Source of the DNA: Craspedostauros australis
Lineage: Eukaryota
NCBI GenBank assembly: GCA_030167865.1
Contig: JALAGF010004709.1
Coordinates: forward strand, 1-50,926
Length of the DNA: 50,926 bases
Reading direction: 5' to 3'
Shown: piece by piece, positions 13,411 through 25,241 of the stretch
Layout of the letters: every line of letters begins with the position of its first letter
Position numbering within the stretch: the first letter of the stretch is position 1
The notes under the pieces: model-generated
Seen by the model: only the letters and a program-made list of their open reading frames with translations
Database searches by the model: none
Told to the model about the DNA's origin: nothing
Made by a program: the position numbers and the translations under genes

Positions 13411-13983
13411 GAGAGGAGGCTTGTGTGGACGTCGCCATTGCCTTTCTTGTTTGCCGCTTGCTCCATCGTCGGGCGTCCACTCCGATGCCTCGACGCAGTT
13501 TCGCAGGAATGAAACCAACGACGTCACTTATGGAAAATTGTCCAACAGAGACAACAGCAGTGCACAAGCGCAATGACAGCGCACCGTCTGCTGTGGGAGG
13601 AAGACCATCGATTGGCTTCGTGGTTCGTTGGGCACGGGATCTGTCGCGACAGAGTGGTTCCTCTTTTGGGAGAAAGAGCTGCATCATCGCAGCTGCTTGT
13701 CGTGTCGGACTGCGATTCGAAACATGACACCGAATTGAGAAACTGGGTGATGGGTTGATCTTTCTCACATCGCCACAACGATGCAATCGGGCCGAGTGGA
13801 TTGGTTTGAAACAAAGAGAACTACTCAACGTGTATTGCGCAAACATGCTCATAAAATCGAAATCCCAGCCGATCAACAAACCCACCACACGACACAGCAC
13901 AGCGTATCACGTGCACTCGAACCAAGCACCACCATCCACAGTCCCAACCATCGCCACTAGCGCAGCCGTCAGCCGTCAGCAAC

Positions 13984-14640
13984 ATGCCCGCACGAACACC
14001 ACAGACGTGGCGAATCGCCGTTGCGATGATGCTCACAGCGATATCCTGCATGGGCCAAGCGCGTGGATTCCTCGTCGGCCAACAGGGTCGCCATCTCCCT
14101 CACGGACGACTCAGTCAGATCCATCGTGAGCACAACCCAAAATTCCACTCCAAGACCCGGCCGTCATCGCCATCGCCCACCTCTTCCTCCTCGTCGACAT
14201 CGCTGCAGTTTGATCTGCAACCGCTGTGCGATATCGATGACTGTGCGCTGGAGAACTTCCAATTGATCAGTGATGGCATCGAGGCAAGCGTCGCCACATC
14301 TATGCAATCTCTCATGTCATTGAGTGACACATCGTCGATCGGTGCGCCAACCATCCCCGCTCCACATGGATCCTCCTTCGAAGTGCAATCGCACTTCATG
14401 ACGGACTGCGCGCATGCGGTGCTTGACTTCCCCACCATCCTGGGCAAACCGCCGAAGATGCTGCTGAACTACTTCAATCTCATCGGTCGGTTGCTGGTTC
14501 TCTCTGCGGATTACATCCCGGATCATGACATATCGATCGATGAGTTTGCCATCCAGGTCGTGCTGCTGGCCATGGCGCTGCAGGAGATCTACAACTCCGC
14601 AGTTGTACGCAGAGGAAGCAAGCCCGGCGCAGAAGAGTGA
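13984..14640 (+). CDS. Hypothetical protein with signal peptide and probable plastid transit peptide
   Basis: Hydrophobic N-terminus ending ARG|F, then a Ser/Arg/Pro-rich transit-like segment and a structured, partly hydrophobic C-terminal region. Codon usage resembles neighbouring genes. No family recognised. Confidence 0.65.
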   Translation: MPARTPQTWRIAVAMMLTAISCMGQARGFLVGQQGRHLPHGRLSQIHREHNPKFHSKTRPSSPSPTSSSSSTSLQFDLQPLCDIDDCALENFQLISDGIEASVATSMQSLMSLSDTSSIGAPTIPAPHGSSFEVQSHFMTDCAHAVLDFPTILGKPPKMLLNYFNLIGRLLVLSADYIPDHDISIDEFAIQVVLLAMALQEIYNSAVVRRGSKPGAEE

Positions 14641-15363
14641 TCACCTGCCACGCCTTCCTACTGTACTCTCTTCCGTGCACGTAGCCGCACATCACCATAC
14701 ACACAGAACGGCCTTCCATGAACATCAGCGCCCACCTGGATACTGCTCATGTTCCCCGTTTACATTAGATGATAGATACAACAAGACATTCTACCCAATG
14801 CACATACCATACCATAGAACAGAACATATCATACACATACACATAGTTCGGAATAAACCATACTTCACTCCATACTCGTCCATACAACGTATTGTAGTTG
14901 TACTCTGGCAGCATTTGATCTAAGCAATGCCTGCCTCGGCGATACTCGTAGATACTACGATACAAAACTGTTCCTGAGCCAGATTCGTGGAACACGCCAG
15001 AACCGCCCGCGAGAGTTCCGTAGCAAATTCGGATTCCGCCCAATGGAACTGTTCAGATCCTCCTTGTTCCGTCGACACAAAGGCATCAATCGTTGTTTAG
15101 TTCCTTTCTCTGTAGGCCACGTGACGACGAAACAGACAAGGTGGAAAGAATGCGGCCCATGGTGAGAATGTACATGTGTGCTCAAGATAGGAACGCTGTA
15201 ACATGTACCATACAAACTATGCACTCTAGATGTCTATTTGAGAAGCTGATTCCATCAGATAGCTTCACTTTGCCCGTGTTCGTGCTCGTACTCATACCCA
15301 TGTCCCCATTCGCATCCACACTCATAACAATCCATGCAATATAACCGACCAAGTCTGCCCAAG

Positions 15364-18300
15364 CTATCTCGACATTGCGCGGAACGATGACTTCATCGTG
15401 GCGGATGGATCGGTGATGGCTGACATGTCATCCCCGCTCAGCTTCGATTTCTTGCTGCTGCTGTCATCGAAGAACCCGTTAGACTTCGATGTTCCGTTTG
15501 AAGGCGGCAACTGGATGGACACTCGTGTGATCGCTGATTGACGGCGTGCCTTGGTGGATTCGGATGTGGACTTGTGAGATGGTGTGATAGTGCTGAAGAC
15601 TTCGTCCATGTCGAGCGATATGCGACCGGATAAGCTGTGGACGTCGTTGACACTGGATCCCATGTTGGTGTTTTGGAGGGATGGACGCCCCACAAGCTGA
15701 CCGTCGCTGCCCATGCGATCATCCACGTACTCGCCGCGCACGTATTCCATGTGCTCGACCTTGGCCTTCGCACCCCATTCAGCGTACATGTTTCTGGCGC
15801 GCGTCATCTGGTGTTGCGCTGCGGTCATCAGCAGGCTTTGGCTGGGGATGTTGCCCCTGTATTGGTTCGGATTCTCGATCATATTCACGTAGTACTCCGC
15901 CAGGAGCTCCGTCGCCAACGCTGCATCGTGCAAGTGACCTTGGTCCAGCGCTGCCTGGATGGCTTCGTCGAAGCATGCCTTGACGACCGCCTCGTTGCAC
16001 CGTGTTGCCGCCTTGATGTCTGCCAGCATGATGAGCTGCCTGTGAATGTTGGTATTGCCCTTCGCTTTATTCATGGAAGACAGGCGTCGGTGCCATCGAC
16101 GGGCTTGCCGGAAGAAACGAGGGCGTCGCGTCGTGCGGGCCATCCCGGATGCGGCGATGCCGGCATAGAACATCCGCATGGTAGACACGATGTACGCCGT
16201 GTCCCGAGGCAGAACTCCCCACATCTTCTTGGACATGATGTGCGCGAATCGGTAGTTTCCGAAGTAAACGCCGAGCTCGCAGCGTCCCAGGAAGCCAAAC
16301 AGTAGGCGGTACTTCTCGGAATGTCCATCGTGCACGGGGCGGAAATTCGCCAGCTCAACCCAATCGATGCCGCTCGCCGATGGCATCGTTAGGTGTTGGA
16401 TCGTGATCAGGATCTGCTCGGTCATCGAGGCCGTGGACCGCACTCGGTACAGGAACATTTGCTCCAACAGTTCCTCGGTGGCGATTTCCAATGGAAGCAG
16501 CGGGTACCCGCAACCATGAGCATGATGGATGGCACCCAGCGAATTCAAGAACGCGCTGTCGACGTCACCTGCTTGCATCCCCAGCACGTGTCCCGCCTTG
16601 TAAGCGTTGACGGTTTGCTCGTGGGTCGAATTCCAGGCATCGACCCAATGCGGCAGACCGAACTCGAGCACGGCCTGCTGTCGTCTGCAGGTCGACTTCT
16701 GCAGGATGAGCTTCGTGAGGTTGGCCAGCCGGCGGGCGCCTACCTGGTCTTTGACGTTCGCCAAGAACATGGCGTACTTGCCAAAGGCGAGAGCGGAGTA
16801 TCCGCTGTGCCCATACCGGATGCAGATGCGGACCATGCGCAGCGACGAGCTGAGGAACTGGATGATGTTGTCGCAGTACACCGCTTGCGTCGACAGCTCG
16901 TTCAGCACTGCCATCTCTTTGTCACGGCGCTTGTCTCGCATACACGGGAGCCGCAAGATATCTTCGTCGGAATGGCGAGCGACGTACCGCCTCACAAACA
17001 TGAGATCACGGAGGACCGGAATCAAGATGAATCGCTTCGGATACGAACCCATCTTGATGAGCACCTTGCGGTTCAATTGCAAGGCGTTGTCATGCTCTTC
17101 ATTGCGTCCCAGCGCCGCTGTGAGGGAGATGTAGGTCGGCAGCTTGTCCTCGAAGGAATGCGCATGTTCCAGCAGCACCTCGGCAAACTTATTGCCTCGC
17201 TCGAAATGGCTCTGGCAGAATTCGACTTCGACGATGGTGCGGTAGAGCTCCAGAGTGAGCTGATAATGGTTGCTCCATGGTTCCTTCAGCTTCGCGAAGC
17301 TCTTCTGGCAGCTGCACAGGTAGTTGGACGCCGCTTCGTAGGCGGCCATGCGAACGGCCTTCTGACCGACCTGCAGATTGAGCCTCGCGAGGAACAGCGG
17401 GTCGTGCTTCAGGACGTTCTGCGTCGCGTTGAAGTGATCCACGGCTGCATACCACATCCAGCCGTTATCATCGGGCGAGGTGTCAGCAGATTCGGGACCA
17501 GGAGGAGCTGGCTTCGTGAGACCGCAGCAGTCGTGGGTATCATCTTCGGGGCCAACCTCCTCGTGGTACACATCCATGGTGGACGACATGCCGCGCTGGA
17601 AGCGTTTGAGGCGCGCCAGCTTGAGCAGTCGGTGACCCATGTGGTACCGGTACTCGTCACGCTGCGGTCCTTCGGGGACCAGTGACAGTGCGGCCTGTTG
17701 GATCCGATCGTGCGCGAAGCGGTACTCCTTGGACCCCATCGTATTTTGGAACAGGCCTTCCACGACGGCTTGATCCAGCACCTTGTTGAATTCATCCGGA
17801 TGCAAAGATATTCCCTCCATCGCAAGGAGCCTGGAGAGAATGTCCATGTGGATCGCGGATCTGTTGGTGTAGGCCGTGACCTTCAGCATCGATTGCAGGG
17901 TGGTGTTGACGGCCGAGAGGGTTTGGATCTTGGAGATGATCGCTTCGACGACATCGTTCGACAATCCTACGTTGACATCGACGCCCTTGAGGTTCCACTC
18001 CCAGCTGAATGTCATTCGGGAGAAGTAGAGGATGTTCTTGCGTATCAGCTCTTCGATCATCTGGATGGTGAAGTAGACGTTGCCGCGGGTTTTGGCGAAC
18101 ACGATGTTGGTCAGTGCATGGATGCTGGTGTCATCGTCGTCCGCATCGTTCGGTGCGTCGGGGTTGTCCGCATTGGTGTCATTACCGCCATCGTCCTCCA
18201 TCTTGAGACACATCTTGAGAAAGTCGGTGGTCTCTTCCATGGTCAAGTTGGGAACGTCCAAGACGGGTATTGATCGGACCTGCATGATATCGCGAAAGCA

Positions 18301-19970
18301 GTTGGATAACGGGTGCTGCGGCGCGTCGAATTGATGCTGTGGTCGCTGAGGTTGCCGCTGTGTCGGTTGGGGTCTGTCATTGATAGGCCCACTCCATTCT
18401 TCGTCAAAGTCGACGTCGCCATCGCCATGGTTGAACGGATCCACCTCATCAGAACGGTACGATCCGATGAAGAAGAAGTAGGGCATGTCTCGTTCCGTGA
18501 GCAGGGTTGAGATGAGGTCTAGCGAGTCATGATCCGCCCATTGTAGGTCTTGAGTTCACGAAAGGTGTCGAATGGATGGGCGAAGTGAGAGAGAGAGAGA
18601 GGGGGGGGTTGAGAAGATGAGAGGGAGTGCGTGAACGTGAGCGTGATGCGATGGTGTCATTTGGCAATTGCTGGTGTACACTCGTACGACCCACGACACT
18701 CTGCCAATGTACTATACGAGCAGCACGCACCATCAATGAACATAATGAACGGGCGTTCTTTCGTCGCAATGACCTTGCAGAGCGTCTGGACGATGTACTT
18801 GAGTCGGTTCCATGCGAATCCCGTGTTCTTGTCGTCGCTGTCGGTGGTGGAATGAACGGAGTCGGCGGTTTGCGCCGTACTCGACGATGCGCGATCGTTC
18901 TTGTTGCCAGCTTGCTCCTTAAGACCGTCTTCCGCGGACGCAAACAACAGCTCCTCCAGCGGCCGATGAAAGGCCCGCACGTACGATCGAAGCTGCGAAT
19001 CGTCACCCTCGCAATGCTGCTCCTGCTGCGTCGATCGCAAAGCTTTTCGTATTCGGATCACTTCCTGCCGCATCGCATCCGTCCGATCCTGAAAGTGCGC
19101 CACGAAGTGATTGAACGCGGCCGTGAATCCGGACAGAGGATCGGCGCCGGACAGCTCATCGAACTTGCCCTTGCAGTAGTAGGGTTGCATCGTGGCGGAA
19201 CCCGCGGACGCGAGGTTCGTCGCGAACTGCTGCACCATGGAGGACTTGCCGCAACCCGAGAGGCCGCGGACCATGCAGACATTGGTGGGGAACAGCGCGG
19301 TCGCGATGGACATGCGCCGCGTGAGCCGCTTCGAGTCCTGCTTCAGGTCTCTCGACGATCGGAGTGCCATGGAGTCGTTGCGAGACACACGTTGCTGCTG
19401 CTCCTCACTGTGGTCCATCATGTGCTGAAAGGTGAGCCGCAGGTCTTCCAGCTGCGTCTGCCGTCCGAAGAACTTGATGCGGTTGAAATCGATCTCATCT
19501 TCGAGACTCTCCACCTCCTCCTGTTCCGTGTCGTGATAGTGATCATCGTAGAAGTCGCGACCTTCGCAGTAGTACGTGTTGTGGCCGTCCATCTTGGAGG
19601 CGGATGGTGGCGGCGTCAAGGGGCGCAGCGGATTGGGCGCATCCGAGGCCAGCGATTGATTGGATAAGTGCAGAGCATCGTGCGGTTCGGCGTCCGTCGT
19701 GTCGATCGTCTTGACCGAGTCATGCGGCTTGACGACGTGAGGATTGCTCGCATGCATCGACAGCTTATTGGTATCCACAGCGAGGACACCATCGAACGAC
19801 GATGCGGATGCCGATGCGATTGAGGAAGCAGATGTTGTCGCTTGCGTTGTGGTTGACATGCTTGTTGTTGCGGTTGTGGCTGTCACGGATGTGTGCTTCA
19901 TGGGGTGCGCCTGCAAGCAAGAGCTGGCTTGAGATATGTTCGGCATCGCACGGGTTGTCATGGTTGTCAT
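15364..19970 (-). CDS. STAND-class / AAA_16-type P-loop ATPase with long helical (TPR-like) C-terminal region; 2 exons (19970..18731, 18548..15364)
   Basis: FFGR motif, Walker A GLSGCGKS, and KGKFDE. Removing intron 18549-18730 (GT...AG on the minus strand, phase 1) restores Walker B FIDDLQWAD. Downstream motifs are IGSYRSDEV, KTRGNVYF, YRFAHDRIQQAA and a C-terminal YAEWGAKAKV, typical of the ATPase module of bacterial multi-sensor kinase/cyclase proteins. Confidence 0.88.
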
Positions 19971-22651
19971 GATTGGCGAATGTTGTGTTTATTGTTGAGC
20001 GTCTTGTTGGTGAATATAGTAGTGTGCTTGATGGGCAGAATGGGTCGGAGTGTTCTACGACAACTTGTCTGGAGTTGCACAGCCACGAGTCAATGAGAGT
20101 GCCCAAACCGTTGGCTGCGTCCTTTTGCTTTTCCCTCTCGCGCCCTTGTTTGTGGTCTGTGACTTGTGGCTTGTGTATTGTGCGCTCGGTTGTGTTCTTG
20201 TGTTGCGTGATGTCTTCCCCTTTGGGTTTCTTGCGAATTCGATCAATTGGTCAGTGTTGATTCCAGTTTCTCCTGCTTGGGCTGTGTTGTTGGCATCTCT
20301 CTGTGCTGTTTTGTGGGGCGATGTGGGTTGATGCCGAGATTGGGGGCGGACACGACGCGATTGCATGGGACACTCGCGTGCCGTACAGTACCTTTTCACG
20401 CCAATACTACTACGACTGCCGGAACTCCTCTTCAGGAGACGAGTGAACAGGGAGAGGCGAGGCAGCTGATTCTGACGCCCAACTTCGCCGTTGGAGGCGC
20501 AGCTGTGTGCGTGTGTGTGTTTCGCGTGGTGAGCATGCGCCTCACCCTTCGAAATTGACAACTGGTCGCCGTTCTTTTGGTTCGTGGATGATGATTATCA
20601 CTGGTGAACTGTGCAGTGTAGCAGGACGACTAGTATGGTGTGTGAAGTGCCAGCCCGGCCACCAGCCACAAGCACGGTATGGTTAAATGGTACGACGGCT
20701 TCGCTGTCAGCCCTTGTGGGCGGAAATCGGAGCGTGTTTCGTGTGTGGGCGTCTGTTTGCTCTCGGTGGAGATTCCATCAGAGAGTTGCTGACTCTGTTG
20801 TGCACTTTTGGTCTGTCGACAGGGCCCTGTGTGGTGGATGGTCTCTTCCCTTGTGAAGAATGAGTGTGAGCCAAAGGAAGAGCCTTTTGGTCACACGTTT
20901 TGCTCCCAAGAACACGCCTTCTCGGGCTCTGTTGCCGGTCTTATCTTCCTCTTGTGGTTCGTCGCTGGCGAAGGCGGTAGCTACACTCTTTTCTTCTCCA
21001 CTCTGCCAGTACATACGAGTCTGCCTCCTCCTTGCAGCGCGGCACTTTGATGAGAGTGGATGGAATGGATGTGGTTGCTGACTCTTTCCATTCACCCAGA
21101 TACTCTTTTGGCAACATGGGAGGCGTACCTTGGCCCATGAGGATGGAGTGTGCCGATCTTCTTCCTCCATTTTGGTCTTGCATCATCACTTTGTTACAGT
21201 TTGTGCATGTCTCACCACGCCATCTTCCCTGTTCGCCTCCCTCCTCCTCAGCATCACATTTCTCTTCACCTGCATAACTAATCCGCTGCAACGCTTGATG
21301 CTGAGACACAAAATCCAATGCCGAGCGTGACCATGTATTGCCCAATCGACCGACCGAAATGCTTGGATCGAGGTAGCGATACACGTCATGTCGGCAGAAT
21401 TTCGACGTACTATCGGACGCGAAAATTATTGTCAAGTCGATGTCACGCATGGTTGAGATCGCACCAATGACATTCCGAGATTTACACCCAAGGCAACCAT
21501 CGGCATTCGTGTTGACGAACCAGAAAGACTTCCAAGACCAACTTCTCAGAAGCCTTCTGTGCAGTCTTCGTTTCCCCAGGGCGATTCTTCCATCACGAAC
21601 GGATGACTGGTGTTGCTTGATGAGGTCGCCTTCCGAGAGTCTCCATCCGTTCTGCAAGACGCTTGCAGTGGAACAAGTTGTCGCAATGACAATGAACGAG
21701 CCACGAGCAGAGTGAATGGGGTAATGAAGGAACAACCTCAAACATTTGGCCATTCGCGACGCTCTCGTCGATTGCCGGCATCAGTGGGCGCAGATCGGTA
21801 CCTGCCATACAACTACGCGTACTCGCAGCTCGTACTTGTCTGAAGCTTCTTCAGGCACCGACAGGAACGACGAGAAAAGTGGCTGCAGCATCATCATTGA
21901 AGTCGAAGTGTGAGATGGTCGAGCCACATCGAGATCATGAACCTGAGAGGAGGAATCAATACGCACAACTCGTCGTGCTCCAATCATCAACAAGTACTCT
22001 CTCTCTCTCTGTCAAAGGACTCGTGGAGTATTGATGAGTTCGTGAGCAAGGACAGCCGCGTCTCGTCACAAGAATTGAGATGTCCTCCCTCTATTTGATC
22101 GAGCAGAGTCTCGCAAAGACAGCCATGTTACTCCTTCGAGGGCACGTAGGTACCGATAGTTTGTTCCATGTGGTTAGGACCGCATCTCGGGTGGAGGTCC
22201 CGTCCAAGAGCTGTGCAGATCAGAACGTCCGCCGACTTGACCTTGTACGAATAGTTCATGCGTCATTTAGAGAGGTTACACATCTCCGCGAAAGCAGAAC
22301 AAACGTACGGTTGTGTATGTATAGTAAAAGAGAAGGAGAGATTGTTGCACCATGGGTCGTACCTCACGGCAACAGAGCATTTAAGAGTAGAATAACCTGC
22401 AGGTACTCGCAGCTTGTGGCTCGGAGGTACCAAGAAAGGAACGGCAACTGATGAACCTGGCGAATTCGAGGAACCGAATTACTGATCCATTGTGGTGTCT
22501 GTTTCTGAAAACCATTCCGAACCGCCAGCATCATCACGACCAATGCAGCGGACTTTTGTGCTCATCGTGCAGGACTTTGCAGCCTTCAATTTCTTGCTCA
22601 TCCCATCCCATTGACTCATTCTTGTTCTGCATCCAACTCCTCCATAGCACT

Positions 22652-23242
22652 CTACGTCAGATTGCTCTCGGTCTTGACTTCGCGGTACTTCTGCGGATCC
22701 GCCTTGCCCAATGGATGAGATCGCGCCCATTCCTGAATGCGCTCCACGACACCGTTGCCATCGGCACGCTTCATGTCCTCGGGGACATCCAATCGCAACG
22801 TGATGACGTTGTAAATGTCGATCGTCTCCATGTTGACGAAGGCTTCGAACTGATCCAATTCATCGGCGCTGTGCAACGACGGCACATTCTCGCTGGCCCA
22901 CGTTCCCAGCAGCAGATCGACCTCCAGCCATCCGCGTTGCTTGGAGCGGTAGATGAGGCGCTTCTTGCGATTCTCCAATCCGCCCTCCGGCATCTCGATG
23001 TGGCGTTCGTAGATGGCATCGGCCCTGGGCTTGGCGGCGGCGTACAGCTTCTCCTCATCCAGGGACAGCTCCTGGACGGCATCGCCGGAGTCGCCGCGGT
23101 AGAACCGAACGCATTGCTGCTGCTGCTGTTGTTGGAAGGCGGTCAGCGTTGGAGCGAATGCAGATACGGATGGAGCGGCTGCGCCGATGGTCTGCGTGCG
23201 CAGGCATCGCTGTGCGATCTTGCTGGAAATGGAACGGATCAT
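22652..23242 (-). CDS. SDHAF2: Succinate dehydrogenase assembly factor 2 (Sdh5), mitochondrial
   Basis: Signature RKKRLIYRSKQRGWLEVDLLLGTWA (RGxxE motif); Arg/Ser-rich mitochondrial-type presequence. Confidence 0.93.
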   Translation of the reverse strand: MIRSISSKIAQRCLRTQTIGAAAPSVSAFAPTLTAFQQQQQQQCVRFYRGDSGDAVQELSLDEEKLYAAAKPRADAIYERHIEMPEGGLENRKKRLIYRSKQRGWLEVDLLLGTWASENVPSLHSADELDQFEAFVNMETIDIYNVITLRLDVPEDMKRADGNGVVERIQEWARSHPLGKADPQKYREVKTESNLT

Positions 23243-23835
23243 GATTCGTCTCTCTGTGTCGCTGTGCTTGCACTTGTGCTTGCGATGTGCTTACGGTGTG
23301 TTGTCTGCTGCGGCTGCTGTCTCTTGCCCTGCCTTTCTGCTGTGATCTTGTCTTCTGCCTTGTGATGACTTGCTGCGTCGCTGCGAATGCGGATGCGGCT
23401 GCGATGGCCACCACCATGGTCGTTCCCTCCTTGTTGCCACATGTCTGCGCTGTTGCCATCTGTTCGCCGCAAACGAATGTTCTTCTTTTCGTTGCTGTCG
23501 TCATCTTGGCGAACAATCAAGCGTGATTCGGCTTACTCGTGAATGGACATGTTATCCAAGACTAATTCGTGATTGATGCCAAACCAACCAAAATATCGCG
23601 GCTCCAAACCATCACCGACCACAATGGCGACAGCGTGTTTTGATGTGTTCTCTTCCGCGGCTGGTCTCGCAGCGGCAGGCGCCTTGCGACTATCCGCAAC
23701 TCTCGCTATCTCTCTCACTTGGTGTTGTGGACATCGGAGGGACCTTTCGAATGCTTACCATTTCATCCTGCCATACCTACATGATCGTGCTGCATTGATT
23801 TCTGCATTAACAAAGCAAGAAAGGCAACATTCACG

Positions 23836-24972
23836 ATGGCGAAGAAACGCAAGCAGAAGCAAAAGAAGCAGGAGACGGCCGAGGAGGTGGATCTGGGTCG
23901 GTTTGCTGGATCGAGCGATGAGGAGGACGGCAGTGATCATGGAGGCGACGACGACAGCAAGAGAGTGAAACGCAAGGTCCACGCAGACGACGACGAAGTG
24001 GTGCCCATGAAGGGGGTCGCGGACGAGTCAGAATCTGCCTCGTCCCGCGATAAGCGCAGACCTGCGCAAGGGGATGACGAAGACAGCGACAAGGACGATG
24101 AAGGTGAAGACGAAGATGATGAATACGCAAGTGACGATGACGACAAAGTCGGTGGTTACATTGATGCGGACATCGGCGCATCGGCCAAGATGGCGGACGC
24201 CATGTCCAAGATTTTGGGAATGGCCACCAAGTCATCGTCGGTATCGACATCCGCGTCCACGACCTCCGTCGTGCTGTCCAGAACCAAGACGCCGCTGCAG
24301 CGATTGCAAGAACAGGAAAAGCAGAAAATGAAGGCGCTGCGTGCCAAACGGCAGGCCAATCGCGAACGCAATCTCACGGCGTTGCACATCCCGCTGTCCG
24401 TCGCAACGACAAACACGATCCAATCCGAGGGGCAGCTGTCGGTGGCGAAGGAGCTGGAGCAGGAGAGGCTGCATCGCCGTGTCGCAACGCGCGGTGTCGT
24501 GGCGTTGTTCAATGCCATCCAGCAGCATCAGCATGGCGCCGCGCATGGTGATGACGATGACGATGAGGTCAGCGACGACGGCGTTCACGGGAAGAACCGG
24601 CAGAACGCGTCCGGGAAGGTCACCAAGCACAGCTTCTTGGATAAGATCAAGACGGCGGCGGCTGCCAAGTCTGGCAAATCAAAGAAGGGTGATGCAAACG
24701 GCGATGCCGATACCGATGGTAAGAACGGCACCAAATCCAAGCAACCTAACGGCAACAACAAGGAGGAGCAGCAGGGTGGGCCCCAATGGAAAGCGCTGCA
24801 GGATGATTACATGCTCAAACCAAAGAAGAATTGGGATCAGGAATCATCATCCGACGATGATGACGACAGCGATGGTGGTATCGACGATGGCGATGCTGCA
24901 AATGACACTAGTAAGGGTGGGGCGTCGAAATCCACATCCGCAAAGAAGCGTAGGAGAATAGGAGCTCGCTAA
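23836..24972 (+). CDS. RRP15: Ribosomal RNA-processing protein 15-like
   Basis: Motifs MADAMSKIL, ERLHRRVATRGVVALFNAI, KHSFLDKIK and WKALQDDYM match Rrp15p. Acidic/basic low-complexity nucleolar character. Confidence 0.88.
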   Translation: MAKKRKQKQKKQETAEEVDLGRFAGSSDEEDGSDHGGDDDSKRVKRKVHADDDEVVPMKGVADESESASSRDKRRPAQGDDEDSDKDDEGEDEDDEYASDDDDKVGGYIDADIGASAKMADAMSKILGMATKSSSVSTSASTTSVVLSRTKTPLQRLQEQEKQKMKALRAKRQANRERNLTALHIPLSVATTNTIQSEGQLSVAKELEQERLHRRVATRGVVALFNAIQQHQHGAAHGDDDDDEVSDDGVHGKNRQNASGKVTKHSFLDKIKTAAAAKSGKSKKGDANGDADTDGKNGTKSKQPNGNNKEEQQGGPQWKALQDDYMLKPKKNWDQESSSDDDDDSDGGIDDGDAANDTSKGGASKSTSAKKRRRIGAR

Positions 24973-25241
24973 ATACCCACATACGCATGGTACATAGAAC
25001 TACTCCTTGGCTGTGGTTGTGGTTGTGATTGTACGGGTAGCACTGGTAAGTTGATAACGTACCCGTAGGCTGGAATGTTGTACCACACAATAGTACTTGA
25101 CTGTTTCCATCCACTATTGGTTTGCAATTACCCACAGAATAGACACAGTTTCGAGTTATTCGTCGACGAGAGAGAGAGAGAATCAGTACTCCCCTTGTTT
25201 CGCTCACACAAATCGAAGACGAGCAAGTCTTTTCCAAGCGA

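Noticed and set aside
16393-19667. Long plus-strand ORFs (430 aa, 346 aa), and similar ones at 22451-23365, 30070-31257, 39478-40752 and 45869-46816
   Set aside because: They are antisense shadows of real genes caused by codon bias, with no motifs of their own.
20778-21753. 270-aa and 130-aa minus-strand ORFs in the intergenic region
   Set aside because: No recognisable motifs and no host-like codon bias; at most a decayed remnant that cannot be supported.
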